Assembly (NCBI GenBank): GCA_951406725.2
Contig: OX597814.1
Span: forward strand, 177,816,001-177,880,000
Source: Octopus vulgaris
Lineage: Eukaryota
Reading direction: 5' to 3'
Length of the DNA stretch: 64,000 nt
The notes beneath the pieces were generated by a model. The model had not been told where the DNA came from and did not search any database. It saw nothing but the letters and a program-made list of their open reading frames with translations. The position numbers and the translations under genes are program-made. Shown here one piece after another: positions 27,516-42,320 of this stretch (position 1 is the stretch's first letter; each line of letters begins with the position of its first letter).

Positions 27516-27865
27516 AGCTGGCAGACACGTTAGCGCGCCGGGTGAAATGCTTAGCGGTATTTTGTCTGCCGTTACTTTCCGAGTTCAAATTCCGCCGAGG
27601 TCGACTTTGCCTTTCATCCTTTCGGGGTCGATTACATAAGTACCAGTTAGGTACTGGGATCGATACAATCGACTTAATCTGTATATCTGTCCTCTCTGTG
27701 TTTAGCCCCTTGTGAGTAGTAAAGAAATGGGTATTCCTTTTATCGACCCAGAAGGGATTAAATGAAAAGATGAACTCGGTGGTATTTGAGCTCAAAACGT
27801 AAAGGGCCGGAAGAAACGCCGTTTAGTATTTTCCCGACTCCTAACTATACTGCTAACTCACCGAT
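27516..27865 (+). mobile_element. SINE family B followed tail-to-tail by a decayed inverted B fragment
   Basis: gagttcaaattccgccgaggtcgac core at ~27580. Opposite-orientation ttatcgaccc..ggtatttgagctcaaaac at 27740-27800. Confidence 0.8.
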
Positions 27866-28889
27866 TTTGTGATGATGATGAAGATTATAATAATAATATT
27901 AATGATACTAATAATTACAATATTAACAATATTAACAATAATAATAACAATAACAATCGTAATGTCTATGATGATAATGGTGATGACGACGATGATTTTC
28001 CGATGTATTATGAAAGACACAAATATTTTTTTTAATCAATATACTCAGTTATATCGATTCTAGTGAGTGATTGGTAATTTATTTTATCGAACCGGAAATG
28101 ACGAAAAGCCAAGTCGACATTTAATGGCTGAAAAGGATTTTATAGGCAATTCAGTGTCAATTCGACCAATCAGATCTTTCCATTTTAACTTTCACGCTTA
28201 GTTATCACAAAATAAAAACGTTTTAGAATTACTTTAAAATATATCAGATATAATAAATATTACATAATAAATATTTCTGGAAAATATAATTGCTTTTATA
28301 ACGAGTCATATTTGTAGCTATTTCTCAAGAAAGTTGTTTGAATTGAAACAACATCATGTACAACATCAAGAACAAGAATGTTTATATATGTCGTTTCAAA
28401 TTCTTTGAAATATTTCTATAAAGAAGAGGTTGTTTTCTATCTATGAATATGAGCTGCTTCATATGAATAAAGATAACAACAAAATTATATAGTTGTATGT
28501 TGAATTTTAGATGCTTTAATTATTTTCACAATTCCGCTTACAAATTCAATTATCTTAGAAAGTGTTAGACGGTTTCTATGTTTTTATTTTGCCTCAGAAA
28601 TCCAGCTTCAACACACACACGCACGCGCGCATACTCATACACACACACACGAACATACGCACAATAAATTCACGCACATGTATATATATATGTGTCAATG
28701 TATGTGGGTCTGTGTTGTGAATGTATGTATGTAAGTACGTTCTCTTCTACTTTTAATTATTTAAAAGTCTTCCTTTAAGGAAGGAGCTAGTTTCTAACAA
28801 CGATATAAAACATCATCGTTGCAATGCAGATAACAAACAAACACACTGTTGAACTTTAGAAAACTGTTGTACACACACACACATATATA

Positions 28890-30129
28890 CAGTGCGATGG
28901 GTAAATTGACGCCATTGTATATGTCTAATATCATATCGCACATGTACATTGTTTGTTTTTGATTCTGTCGACTACACAGTATAGCAGGGTCAGTTGGGTA
29001 CCGTCTGTGAGGAAAACAGCACCATGGTCAGAAATTTGGAAGCGAGATCCTGTACTACTTGGTATTAGCGCCGGAAGCTTCAATACAAACATTTCAGAGT
29101 GTTCCGGTGCCAATCTGAGGACAGTGAAGAAGATTCGTTAAGATTTCGATGAGTCTAACGGTGACTACAACGGTACGGCTGCTCGGAAAACTCACTCTAA
29201 TCGTTCTGATAAGAAAATAACTGAATTTACTAGTGAGATCGATGCCATAATTTACAACGATCTCTCCAAGTCAATCAGATCATTCTCCAGCGGAACTGGA
29301 GTGTCTGAGTTTCTTATCAGGCAGGTAGTGCAACAAGACATTCGTTATTCCTCATACAAGATGAGAAAGGGTCAGTTGTTATTCCAAGCCAGCAAGGACA
29401 AAAGAAAAGATCGCGCTACTGAGTTCTTGAACAAACTCAAGCATCCCCGCCAACCGAACATGCTTTGGTTTTTCCCAAACGAGAACAATTTCTGCCAGGA
29501 TTAGATGGTGAACACACAGGACAACCGTTGGCTTGTCGTGTCCCTATAGCATGTACCAAAAGTAATAAAAATCAATCATTCAGTCAACATCATGGTGTTT
29601 GGAGTCATCAGTTGTTATGGTAACGTTATACCTCCATTCATATTCCCATACTACTTCAGACACAACAGGGAGGTCTACTGGAAGCGGCAGTGCTGCTCTG
29701 GATGAAAAGGGTGGCTACTGGAAGACCCTCTGTCTTGCAACAGGACTCTGCACCATGCCACACAAGCAGGAGAACCCAGTCATGGCTGTCAGACAATTTC
29801 TGCGACTACATACATCTGGTCATGTAACTCCCCAAAGTGCAGCCCCCTTGATTATTATGTATGAGGTGCAGTTGTGCGAGAGATCAACAAAACTCCTTGT
29901 AATACCAAAAATTAACTGAATGCAAGGACTGTGACAACATTCATTAATTTAAACAAGGAGACCGTCCAGAAATGTTGCAGGAGATTATGAAGTCGATTGC
30001 ATTGAATAAATTTAATCTTTAGTATTTCAAGATCTGTTTATGCAATTTTGGTAAATATACCTGTTACGATGAGATATGAGTGTTATTTTTATTTTTACGT
30101 AATTTAGACGAAGATGTTTTCACAGCACC

Positions 30130-30132
<3 letters not shown>
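28890..30132 (+). mobile_element. Decayed full-length Tc1/mariner transposon (maT/DD37D-like)
   Basis: TA-flanked imperfect TIRs. Transposase remnants IRQVVQQDIRYSSYKMRKGQLL, LNKLKHP..MLWFF, NTQDNRW, IMVFGVI, QDSAPCH and PLDYYV, with stops and frameshifts. Confidence 0.85.
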
Positions 30133-30188
<56 letters not shown>

Positions 30189-31162
30189 TTAGGTTAGGCC
30201 GGTTTATGGGATTACACTAGGTTTTCCGTCCATAAAGGTCTTAGCTTTACAGCGTATCGTTCGATTCCAAAACTGTTGGCTTAAGCCCTCTCCAGCAAGA
30301 AGAGGTAACGACTTCGGATAGTATTGTATTTTAGCAACATTCTGCAGTGGGAGAGAACAACGTGATGACTTTTTGGTTAGATCTTGTTTCGTTATGTGAT
30401 ATCTTTCACAGAGATATTACAAAACTGACGTATTATGGAGTATCCTAGTTCTCCGTGCTTTAAGAAGATCGATTGTCATCACGAATGTTGGAAAAAAAAT
30501 TACTATGTTAGCCATTATGCAAAGAAATCTGCTTGTTGCCGAAGATGTGCTGTGAAGTAGTTTCTTCAAAATATTGTTTTAGCCGCTTCCTACAGCTAAT
30601 AGAAAGTGTTCTTTTTTATAGCACCAAAGTAGACTTTGATCTGAATGCAACAACCATGCGAAATGAGCAGAGTACTTACGCTATGTTAAATAACTTACAC
30701 GTGTCGTAGTACTGCTTGTATGGGTAAAGGCGTTGATGTTGTTTTTGTCAATATCTATCATGATTGCAAAAGCGAAATTTCACGTGGTGCAAGGTATGTT
30801 TCGAAATTCGGTATTACTAACCGGTATAAATCACACCTTAACATGAGCTATGGTCATTTTGAGTAACATTTAAAATTTTAATCTGGGGAGAATGATATTG
30901 CCCCATACTTATATTCAATGCTAGGTTCATATGCGATACACAACTATCTATGCTGTTAGATTATTTGTCCCAAATAAATTTATCATATTTGAAATATAGG
31001 TGACTTCGAGTGATACATAAGATGCCGATTTAATATGTACCAGTCATACACCTATATGTAAAACTTTTTCATAGAGGCGTAAATACATATAGATGTACAT
31101 GCATACATGCATGCATACTTATTTATATACATATCTAAATGTATAAGTATATATATACATAT

Positions 31163-31370
31163 GGGTTTCAAATTTTTGCACAAGGCCAGCAACTTCGGGG
31201 AGGGAGTACGTCGATTACATAAACCCCAGAACTGAACTGGTACTTATTGTATCGATTTGAATGGAATAAAATTTAAACTTGAGAGAATTTGAAATCAGAA
31301 CGTAAAGACGGACAAACTGCCGCTAAGCATTTTACCGAGCGTGCTTACAAATCTGCCATTTTGCCGCCTA
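31163..31370 (-). mobile_element. Decayed SINE family B
   Basis: gcacaaggccagc..gaatttgaaatcagaacgtaaagacggac..ctaagcattt. Confidence 0.75.
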
Positions 31371-32063
31371 ATTTATACGTAATATATACTGAAATACATA
31401 CATACACATACTTATAGATGTTTAAGTGTATATTACCTCAAATAGCATAGCATTCATGCACTTGGATACCAAGAAACAAACTCACTTAAAGAGAAAACAA
31501 AGAAAGAGCCAAATAAAGAAACGAGAGGGAGAAAAGGAAAGGAAGCTTCGTGTATCATTCAGCAGCGAGAGATCATAATCATGACGAAGTGTTGAATTGT
31601 ACGTTATATCAACAATATTTATATTGACTTGAGAAATCTGAATGTTGCCTCGCTAATAAATATTTAAGTTACAAATTGACAATCATATACAACAGTGAAT
31701 GCAAATAAATCTAAGGTGTCTTCGGGCAGCGGTTTTCAATTCCTTCATCTTTATCACTACAACCAATTTGTATTAGTTTACTGAAGATATATTTCTAAAA
31801 AACAAAACGACTTCAGCAAACAAAGCAAATAAGACCAAGGCCAGAGCTGTTCGAACACAAACAGCGTTTACAACACGTCAGAGACGCTATAAAACGTTCA
31901 TACTACCCAGAAAAACAGAGTCACGCGTACACACACACACAAGAAATACATTACTAGACATACACATGTACACATAAAGATATAACACCGACTTAATGTT
32001 TTAGTCCTTGTGCACTCCCAGTGATTAAATATCTCGCTTAGCTGAACTGAAATTCTAATGCCT

Positions 32064-32152
<89 letters not shown>

Positions 32153-32153
32153 G

Positions 32154-32207
<54 letters not shown>

Positions 32208-35200
32208 TGTATAAATAATATATGTATGAATGTATGTATGCATGCATGTATGTGTGTGATCGTATGTATGTATGTATATATATATATATATATATGTTTT
32301 TATTTATGTATGTTTATACATACATACATGTACAGATATGTAGGTGACAGGATATACGTGAATAAACATGCCGATATATATCTTTGTGTCTGCATATACA
32401 CACGCATATATAGGAAGAGAGAAAAAGAGAGATAGAGAGAGAGGGAGCTTAGGAGAGGGGGAAAATAGCGCGAGGATGAAGTGTGAGATGTGTGTGTGTT
32501 TCTAAAATAAAATGTGCGAAATAATTTAGCTCCGTTTTTATTTCTTGCCTCGAGAAATCAGTTTTGTGGACGTTCATATTACCATATTTATTGAACGTCT
32601 GCAGAGACACGTCGGATGATAAAATTCCCATTTTATTTCCTTCTGTTATGAAAAATACGTTTTATGGAACCAAGTAGACATATACAGGTAAGCATACATC
32701 GATGCAACGTACTCATACACAAGATATTGATATTAAAGCTACGCACAGTCTTGCTATCAATTAAATTTGTATATTGTGAATGAAACGTCCTGTAGACTCT
32801 GAATGTAGACTCCCAGCAACAAATCAGTGATTCAATTTACATACTAATCCTGTAAATTCCTTATTTCTGAATTGTACCCTCTCAGGAATCTTTAACGATT
32901 TTTAACACCTAAATATCGTTTACTTTTTATGACAGAACACACTATTGATATTTTTGAAGAACAATGAAATATTGAAATTCGGCCTTTGTAACCGAGTACA
33001 TTACTGTTATTTATTAGCAGAAGGTCAATATTTATTGGCTAGTTCTATGATTAAAATTTTTCAGCCGTGACCATAATTGCTTTCGAGAGGCACACTGAAG
33101 CAAACCGAAAGCACATTGTCCAATGAGTCATTTCTTTCTAGAAAGTAGGGTGTGATTTGAGGAATACGTGATTGCTATTCCCACCCCCAAAAGAAAAAAA
33201 AACAATCAGCTTTGCAGAGTTTGACCTATTGACTCAGATGATACTTGGCACACAGTGCTCAACATAAAAGCAATAAGAGCAAAAACAACAATGAAAACCT
33301 TGACATAAACAACATTAACACTCATTGAAGCTGCTGTTGTAGATGAGGCTATTGTTCACAATCCTAACTGATTCGATAGAACCAGGAACACAGTGTTTCA
33401 ACCATGATCGTCTCATCTTATTTACATATAATGTTTCCATGCTTGCATTATCTAATATTTTCTTCTTTTCTGAGTTGTTACAATGTGGTGTGTAGATACT
33501 GCAACTTCTAGCAGTTAATCTGAGCAGGTAGCGGCTTCTCTGTTGGCAAATAAACTAGAAATAAGAGTTACGTTCCCTTAATAAAAGCCTAATAATAGAG
33601 GACACTTGACAGATATAAAGATAACAAAGGAAGCCATTTTAAGGACTGTAGTGAAAGACATACTATAGGGCCACATTTCAGGTAAAAATTATGTTCAAAA
33701 TTAATATAAAATGACAGGATGGTCAATCTTCAGGTAAAATGACAGGAAGATCAAATTTCACGAAAATTGAGAGGATAATGAAATTACATGCAAAATGACA
33801 AAATGGCCAGAGTTCACGTAAAATGTGTCAACCTCATGTAAAATCACGTGACTGGTTAAATTTCAGGCTTGAGGTGATAAAGAGAAACTTGAATTATATT
33901 TCAAAAATTGCATACAGTTTGGGCATCTCAGTCCCCCGATCAACTAGAAATAACTGTCATATACTCCTTGAATCGCACACTACAGAGAAAGGACAAATTA
34001 GAATTATAGCCCAATATACACGCAAAGTCACAGTGTCTGCAAATAGAACACCTTTGGTTATAGTTTTCCCGACCAACCTGGTATCTCATTAAACATCAAC
34101 AATAAATACTCTTCTATTTTATCACGTCCAGCCGGACATTGTCCACATAGAAAAAGTTTAGGAAAAACTGACATATTTCGTAAAGGAATTGGTGAAAGAA
34201 GAAGTGAAAGTATGCGTCGTCGTAGTTGCAACTTAATACTTATAGACACACGCCACATGAAATCTTGTATTATTTTCATATATGTTTTTCTTTTTTACTG
34301 GTTTCTGTTTATCAGTTGTAGCCGTATTAGAAAACCGCCTTCTACTTATTATGTTATGGTTTTGTTGACCTTCCTTTATTTTAATGACGCAGTTCGGTGA
34401 AAAACAAAGTAAAATTGGGCGGCAATAAAACGAACTCAAAACACAAAGGGACGTAATCTAATGTCTCAAGGAAATTTGTCCGATGTTCTACCGAACCAGC
34501 CATCCATCCGCCATCCTGCAATTACAGAAATTGTTTTGAAAGCATCGGTTCAATTTGTCCAATTTATTGATAGATAGGAAACAGAGAATACTTATTCAAA
34601 TGCATTGTTCTAAATCGAAAAAAATAGGAATATATATATATATATATATCATCTTTACATGGTGATTTGGCTTTCTGGAAGCAAAATGAGTCGAGGCTGC
34701 AAGAGCATAGTAGCGTTATGTGTCTGAAAATAATTACTGGGCTTTTAGAACTTAGAATCGAAAATAATAAATTGCTGTTTAATAACAGCTTGGATAAATT
34801 TGATATGTTCAACAGCAAATGTGCAAATGTAGAATGTTTTATTTTACACTGATAATTATTTTGCAAACAAATAATTTCTGGCGAATTATAACTTTTCTTG
34901 TTTTTAGTTGATTAAAATAGTTCTTTTTATGTCTTTGTGCATGTCAAGCTCGTTACATTACGAACTAATTTCAATTTTTGTCAACCTCTTAACATATTGC
35001 TGTACTGTCGAAATAGATTGTTCGCAAGAAAGGGAAAATTGAAGGGATTAAATAATTCAGCTTGAGTACACAAGGTAAGTTACTTTAAAGAATGGAAAGC
35101 ACACACACAACACATACTCTCACGCACGCATAGACACAGTCCAATCTATAAATTAATCTGAGATGAGAAGAAAAGAGACTAAAACAACTTCAATTAACTG

Positions 35201-35733
35201 TAATATTTTCAATTTTTCTGGGCTTACGAGATAAAAATTTGGACATGTTTAGGATTTATTGCAGCGTTAACGGCGAAAAATGTATGTCCTTATTCATTCC
35301 AAGTCAGTGATTATCAAGATCACTAAATAAATATAGATTATATATTCCTTGGTATAATACAATGAAATTATTTTGAATTGTGCTTCCTAAATTGGATTAA
35401 GGAGAGCATGTTTCTAGGAAAAATAAATCAAGGGTTTCATGAGACAGGATGAGTTTTAAAAAGGTTAAAAACATAAAATGTACAGAGCTTACTATTTTCA
35501 AAAGATTATGTTACTATATGAATTTGTTTTAGATGTGTAAATTTTCTATAAAGCAATTTTAGTTTAAATAAAATTAAAATGGCGGAGATTATTCGGAGAT
35601 TATCTCGAGTTTCGGTAAAAATCATACAATTTTCCTCCTCATTGAATAAACTTAGGAAATAATAAATTAGGGTAAAAATAATGTAAAGTTGCTATCAAAA
35701 TAGAAGATTTATAACTTAGCCATTTCTCACACA

Positions 35734-35824
35734 TTTAGTCACGAGGTGTTTCAAGTATTTACCGGCATGTACAGGAGAACACCATCGGACATGTATTTGT
35801 TTTATTCTGACCTCATCAGTAAAA
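35734..35824 (-). ncRNA. Decayed hammerhead candidate
   Basis: Minus strand ttta-CTGATGA-(long stem II)-GAAA-cacctcgtg-aC-taaa. U16.1 is mutated. Confidence 0.4.
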
Positions 35825-37295
35825 TATCGAAAATGATTTTAATACTTACATTCTCTATATACCTACCATCTATAAGTTAGAATTAGATCAATGTAATGTT
35901 TGATTTAATTTGTATATTTTGTTGTGATGTTACTGACAAGGGACTAGAAAAATTCATTATAGCAATCAAAAAATTCGCATGGGTTATCAATTATTGCAGT
36001 GTTTGATGTCTGATGCTCCACTAAGTCTCTGGAATAAGAAATTAGATATTTCTAGTGTAATTTATTTCATTATAAGCGACTTATTAGTGTGACAAGGGAG
36101 TTGGTTAGTCGTAGTGCCAGTAGATTTAAACTTTATGAATATATAAATGATGTTCCATCTGATGGAAAATCTTTTTATATTGATAGTGTTGATAATGGTG
36201 CCAATGATGAGGATGGTGAGGAGGACGATGATGATGGTCTTGGTAATGGCGATGATGATGATGATGAGAAGGACTGTCACTGTGATGTTCATGATAATTA
36301 ATATCATTTCGTATCTCTATAGAATAATTCTACTCTTCTACGCTAGTTTGCAAAATCTTTGTGATGTCATTCAAACCGTGGAAACAACAGGAGGGGATGC
36401 AATTACATACACACACACACACACACACATACGTGTGTGAGTGTTTGTGTGCGTATGTCCGTGTTGTATGTGAGTGTATGTGCATGTATATAGATATAAT
36501 CTGGTGATTCATGATTTGGACAATTCAGTAGTATCTAGTCTCAGTCAAAGACTTTCCAATTTTTCATTCACTATGAAAATTTTTCTGCAAATTTTGTTAT
36601 CAATCTTCTGAAGCATTTGATCTTTCACATTAATGAGAAAGAGATTTGAGTCTTTCTGCATCAGCCTGAAACTAAAATCAAACTCTTTCATGATGTGTAA
36701 AATGCATGAAAGTATCTAAAATAATGAACGCGAGAGAATATGCTGCCTTTCGCATTCTTCTTGAACTAAAAAGCTTGAAATCCTTATCAGTAATAGAGCT
36801 GGACCTATTACTAAATTTATAACTACTCCAATATTAACCTCTTCTTATGTTAACAGGTATAGTTATAAAAATTATATGCGTCTCTGTTCGGTTTTGACAG
36901 TGAATATTCAATTGTGCGATAAAGTGTACAACCTGAACCAAGGGTATATCTAAAGTATTCCACAGACACGTAAACCCCTAATGCAATCCTCTAGCAGAAT
37001 TATCGTAGCCTCCGCACTGTTACTGTCAACCCAATTTAATTCACAATGCTAGGTTAACCTGCGGCCAAAGCCACAGACAGTTGCCGAAAACGTCAGGCAG
37101 TGACAGGGAGCCCAAACACTCATGATTGTGAAGTGAGCATTTTAAATCTTTGATCATACTACAGCCATTGTGTTTGTATATAGACACACTCTCAGGCATA
37201 CATTCCCACACACACATTCATCCATGTACGAGCATACATATACAAATACGTGTATAACTTTTTTATACGACTAGATATACTCCAGTCTACTGACA

Positions 37296-37345
<50 letters not shown>

Positions 37346-37519
37346 GTGTTACCTTCAGATTTATTCTTGATATATCATACATCCAGCTAGATGGCACTTC
37401 GTTCTACACTGCTTCATCCTATAAATTTTGTGTCACAGTCTTGACATTACTGTTGCAATTGGCTAAACTATTTTTGAGTGTCAGCACATTCTGTAGGTGA
37501 CCAGAACAGAAAGGTTCAA

Positions 37520-37810
37520 GGCGGCGAGTTGGCAGAATAGTTAGCACGCCGGGTAAAAGGCTTAGCATTATTTGGTCTGCCCCTACGTTCTGAGTTCAAA
37601 TTCCGCCGAGGTCGACTTTACCTTTCATCCTTTCGGGGTCGATTAAATAAGTACCAGTTATGCACTGGGTCGATAAAATCGACTTAATCCGTTTGTCAGT
37701 CCTTGTTTGTCCCTTGTGTGTTTAACCCCTTGTGGGTAGTAAAGAACTTGCTATTTCGTCTGCTGTTTGTCCCCTCTATGTTTAGCCCCTTGTGGGCAAT
37801 AAAGAAATAA
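37520..37810 (+). mobile_element. SINE family B with duplicated 3' tail
   Basis: ggcggcgagttggcagaatagttagcac head. tgtttgtccc..ccccttgtggg occurs twice. Confidence 0.9.
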
Positions 37811-38119
37811 GAAATAAGAACAGAAAGATTCAAGTTGAAAACGGTCAGAAAACTAAGTACATAGAATATATTCCTTAGTGGAAGTGTCTAGAGTACACAA
37901 ATGATAACTTCAATCTTTAGTGATATATACTCACGAAAGCCAAAATAAATTCCGGCGAAATATCCTGTATTGAGTTCGGAAGTTTCAAAGGTAATTTTCA
38001 GTTCAGAAAATATAAAGATGTTACTAATTGCGTGAAGAATATGATGGCAGTCTAACATTCTATCTGCATCAAATACCTTTACAACAGGAATAATGGAAAA
38101 CATTATATTATTGGAGGTG

Positions 38120-38440
38120 ATTGCATTGGCGACATATTTTTTATAGAGGGTTTGCCTAGAGAGTAACACGGAACTGTATATGGCAGTAAGGTTAGAGCTC
38201 AGAAGTCCAAGGGATTTCCGCTTGATGAAAGGAAATTTGGTCACCACCATTTCCGGATCTGCTCTTTCCAGGGTGGTAGTATATCTTGTGTGTTAGTAGA
38301 TATGCCACATAAGATTTGGAAGAAGACTGCCTCCCCTCTTGACATGTAGTACACAGGCCCACCGGCTTGTAGCCACGATTTAACGTCACGTGAAAACGTC
38401 CCTCTGTCTAAGAGCACGTTGCTCCGAGTCGAAAGAACAG
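38120..38440 (-). mobile_element. Possible decayed Penelope-like RT fragment
   Basis: RYTTTLERADPEMVVTKFPFI..SLGLLSSNL resembles the PLE RT pattern T.LYDKRDDF.F.I..FP...YG...SQL. Judged by eye only. Confidence 0.3.
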
Positions 38441-39356
38441 GAAACTAGTATGGTACACGTTACATAGACTGGCAGAAAGCAACTAGAAATTATTGTTTTA
38501 TATTTCCCAAGAAAAATCGTGAATCAGCAGACGTTGTTATCAAGGTCGACGACCATCAACAACTGTAAGCATTTCATAGGAAGAGAGAGAGAGAGAGATG
38601 GTAACAGCAATGAATGTATTAAATAACAATAATATTAATAAAATCTTCCAAATGTTACCTTAGATATATAAGAATTATTTCTGATATTTCGAGTAGAATT
38701 TCAGAAGAAAATACGCCATGCTTTAGGGAAAAACTATATCATGCTCGTATCACTAATGGTTTTAAACGCTAACAGAGAAAGGAAATATTTTGGAGAATGG
38801 TGTTGGCAAATTCATGATCCCCAACTTTTGCATTGTTGTTATTTCATAGAAATCTGAATAATGATGGAAGATTTCAACTCCAGTGGGACTTGGACTATAA
38901 GTAGAAAGAATCACTTCTAATGGCGCGTTATCGATTTTTGCTATTTGCCACACTTACAACAATAATATGCTTTACTACGTATCCACAGAGTCACAAAGTT
39001 AGCGAATGTATATAGTCATTAAACAGGCCACAATACGTATTGGGTATAAATTTTAATGGCACCAAAACCATGAAGACGAACTCCCAGAATTAAAGGCCGG
39101 CAATTACTGCAGTTTAAAGGGTTTTGATTCCCAAACAAAAGCAAAATATCGATTCCTTACGTACACACAGGCCCTCACATTTGCAGGAGGGCTATAGCCG
39201 ATTATATTGACCTTATTATTTTAGTCTTCTTGCAATGGTGATCTATGAAATTGGTTTCATAAGGTTTTGAATTCAGAAAGTAAAGATCTATAATAAAATA
39301 TTGCAGGGCATTCTGACCGAGGTCCTAATGATTCTGCAAATTCCGTACCCTTTCAA

Positions 39357-39549
39357 TACTACTACTATTACTACTACCACTACTACCTGCCTATAAGCTC
39401 ACTACTACTACTACTACTACCTACCTATAACATCCCTACTACTACTACTACTACCTGCCTATAACCTCACTACTACTACTATTACTACTACTATTACTAC
39501 TACCTGCCTATAACCTCACTACTACTACTACTACTACCTGCCTATAACC

Positions 39550-39580
<31 letters not shown>

Positions 39581-39664
39581 CTGCCTATAACCTCACTACT
39601 ACTACTACTATTACTACTACGATGATTATGATAGTAGCAAGAACAACAATAATGAAATGATAAC

Positions 39665-39717
<53 letters not shown>

Positions 39718-39720
39718 CAA
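39357..39720. repeat. (CTA)n minisatellite with ~6 ctgcctataacctca spacers, followed by an inverted (TAG)n tract
   Basis: Seen directly. Confidence 0.9.
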
Positions 39721-40115
39721 TGGTAGCACTAGCAGTAGTTGTAGTAGTAGCAGCAGCAGCAGCAATAGCAGAATGATAATATTATTGTCACTCAATAATA
39801 ATAAGTAAAGGCATTAACCTTCATCAAATTTCGACATTCTTTCTACACCAGACTTAATCTGTTACTACATACCACGCAATCCTCTTAGTATATTTATATT
39901 GCCTTATTTCCTTTACACACATCACAATCTTCAGATAATTACTTGTTATTAACCTAACGCTTATGTATTTATGTCTAAGTACCTAATTACATATCTGTGA
40001 CATATGCATAATACATACATATATACACACGTACTTACTTACAAACATATGCAAACATACATACATATGTATTTTTATAAATGTGTACGTGCGCGTGTGT
40101 ATATATGTGTGCATG

Positions 40116-40205
<90 letters not shown>

Positions 40206-42320
40206 TAGAGAGAGAGAGAGAAATATATATATATGTGTGTATGTATTCACATATACATATATATACATACATACGTACATGCATGCATAAATACATTATT
40301 TTGTCTGCATCTATATTTCTGAACCCTCTGAATATGATGGTTGTACAACAGCATCATTTGACTCAGTGTACACATTGTTTAAATACCAGCCTAAATATCG
40401 ATGGTGTATATTACAACTATATCAAAACAAAGACAGTTTGACCTAGAGACTACCTAGATATACTCTAGAACAAAATTTCGACTCCTGGAACATAGCATAG
40501 TATGATCAGTAATGTCCTGTTGCTAAAAAGAAACATCACCAAACCAGCAGTAAGCAAATCTTTGAATCTGGAATATAAACAAGTCTTTAAAGTTAGCACA
40601 ATGAGCGCTTAAAGCAAAAGTTGGATTCACAGCGGCGTTAGAATCTTAACAAAATGCTTGGCGGTATTTGTTCCAGTTGGGTACATTTGATTTTAAATAT
40701 TTCGTAGATCAACTTTATTTTACCATTGCCAAAAAGTAGATTATCAACATGAGAAGGAATCGGTTTAATCGGCTGCCAACTTGTGACAATATACAATGTG
40801 TTAGCATGGTGCAATAGAGAACAAAACTACGACAGAACTGACTCACTTTCGGCGCGCAAGATACACTACTAGCTATTTGTAATAGTTTTTATTACTGTGA
40901 AACATAACTCATAAAACACGAATCCCATAATTCACTTACATATACACACTCTCTTAAGGTGGATTCTATTCAGACAAAAAAAAAAAAGGATAATGCAAAA
41001 GAAAAATCCTCTTAAAGACTGAGGTGTTATAAGAAATGTTTTTTACTATTTTCATCTCCATGTTCTGATTTGAAAATTGATTATGATAACTGATCGTATC
41101 GGCAAAAGAAAAACAATAGGTGTACGAGGATGTAAGCGTTCGCTAATTCAACTCGTCTTTTCTTTTATAAATTCTTTTAGGTGAGGTTCACCACATTTCC
41201 CGTAATTTCGTATCAGTTCTTTCCCACACGGAAGTATGAATTGAATGAAAACCTGGCTCAGTGATCCAGCAATTTACGACACTATGCCACGGAATGGATT
41301 TGCCTCTCCATGTAGTAATCCGCAAACCCACCACTTGTCCCGGATTAATCTTTGCTCTTGCAATCCCTCCTGAACACTTTTTTCCTTAGATATCAGACAC
41401 CACAACTGTAAGGTCGACTGCGTTGTCTTGCGTCGAGCGACACAAACTGGTTCCCACAGGTAAGCTTTAACTCTGGCCACTGAGCATATACAGCCGCCGA
41501 TTTTGCCTATTTTCTTCTAAAAATAGGGTCAAAACCGGGTAATTTGAGAACATTTATAAATATCGAGCCCTTTTACGTACCCACTCACGTTACCTTTCTG
41601 AGTCACCTTTTACTCAACACCCGTAACAAATTTGTCGAGTCAACGCTTTCCATAAGGCCAGCGAATTGTTTCCTTATTGCAATAGAGCTTGGGAACACGA
41701 GTGCTTCCCTCAAACTTACATATATCTTCCGTAGCACCATTCAGAAATTTGGGCGCTTGCTTCGCTTTGTTTAATCCCTGCGTTGTTTTATCTTATCATT
41801 CCTATATAAGCTACCACCAGAAAAGAAAAAGAGTGTGGCTGTGTTAATTCTCATTGAGTCATCACTGAAAGATTGCTGCTTTGGGGCAAAGTCAGTCATA
41901 CTGTTAAGCATAATACACAAGGAATGATTTATTTACTCCAACAACACATTGCTCTAACATTCATCGACGACGAGCAGTGTAAGTCCAGCACCAGAGTTGA
42001 ATACTAGTCAGGAATAGGAACACACTGTGCACTGCTGTGAGAAAGACAAATAATTCGATTGACTTTGTTTCTAGTTGAGTGCTCCAACATAATTTCCCTT
42101 GTGCGTCCGTACTCTACTGAAATTAATGATTACTGCTAGAAGCAGTATTCACACCAAAAGACACTCTTTACTATCCCACATAACATAGATTTCTTGTTAG
42201 AACACCGAATACTGTGTTATTAGATATGAGAGCTCCTCTCGTATAAGCGCTTGGTGCATAAACGCACACACATAGCTCGTAGGAGACGAGCATCTCTGTC
42301 ATGTGCGCCGGAATATACCA

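Noticed and set aside
37937-38077. CUB-domain-like exon (VFD..LKITFET..GYFAGIY)
   Set aside because: Similarity is weak, no partner exons were found, and the frame is continuous with a possible retroelement relic.
39357-39620. CRISPR-like repeat/spacer appearance
   Set aside because: The 'spacers' are (CTA)n runs, the context is eukaryotic, and there are no cas genes.
41390-41459. Plus-strand 70-nt AG..GTAAGC exon candidate
   Set aside because: No recognisable peptide or supporting neighbouring exons.
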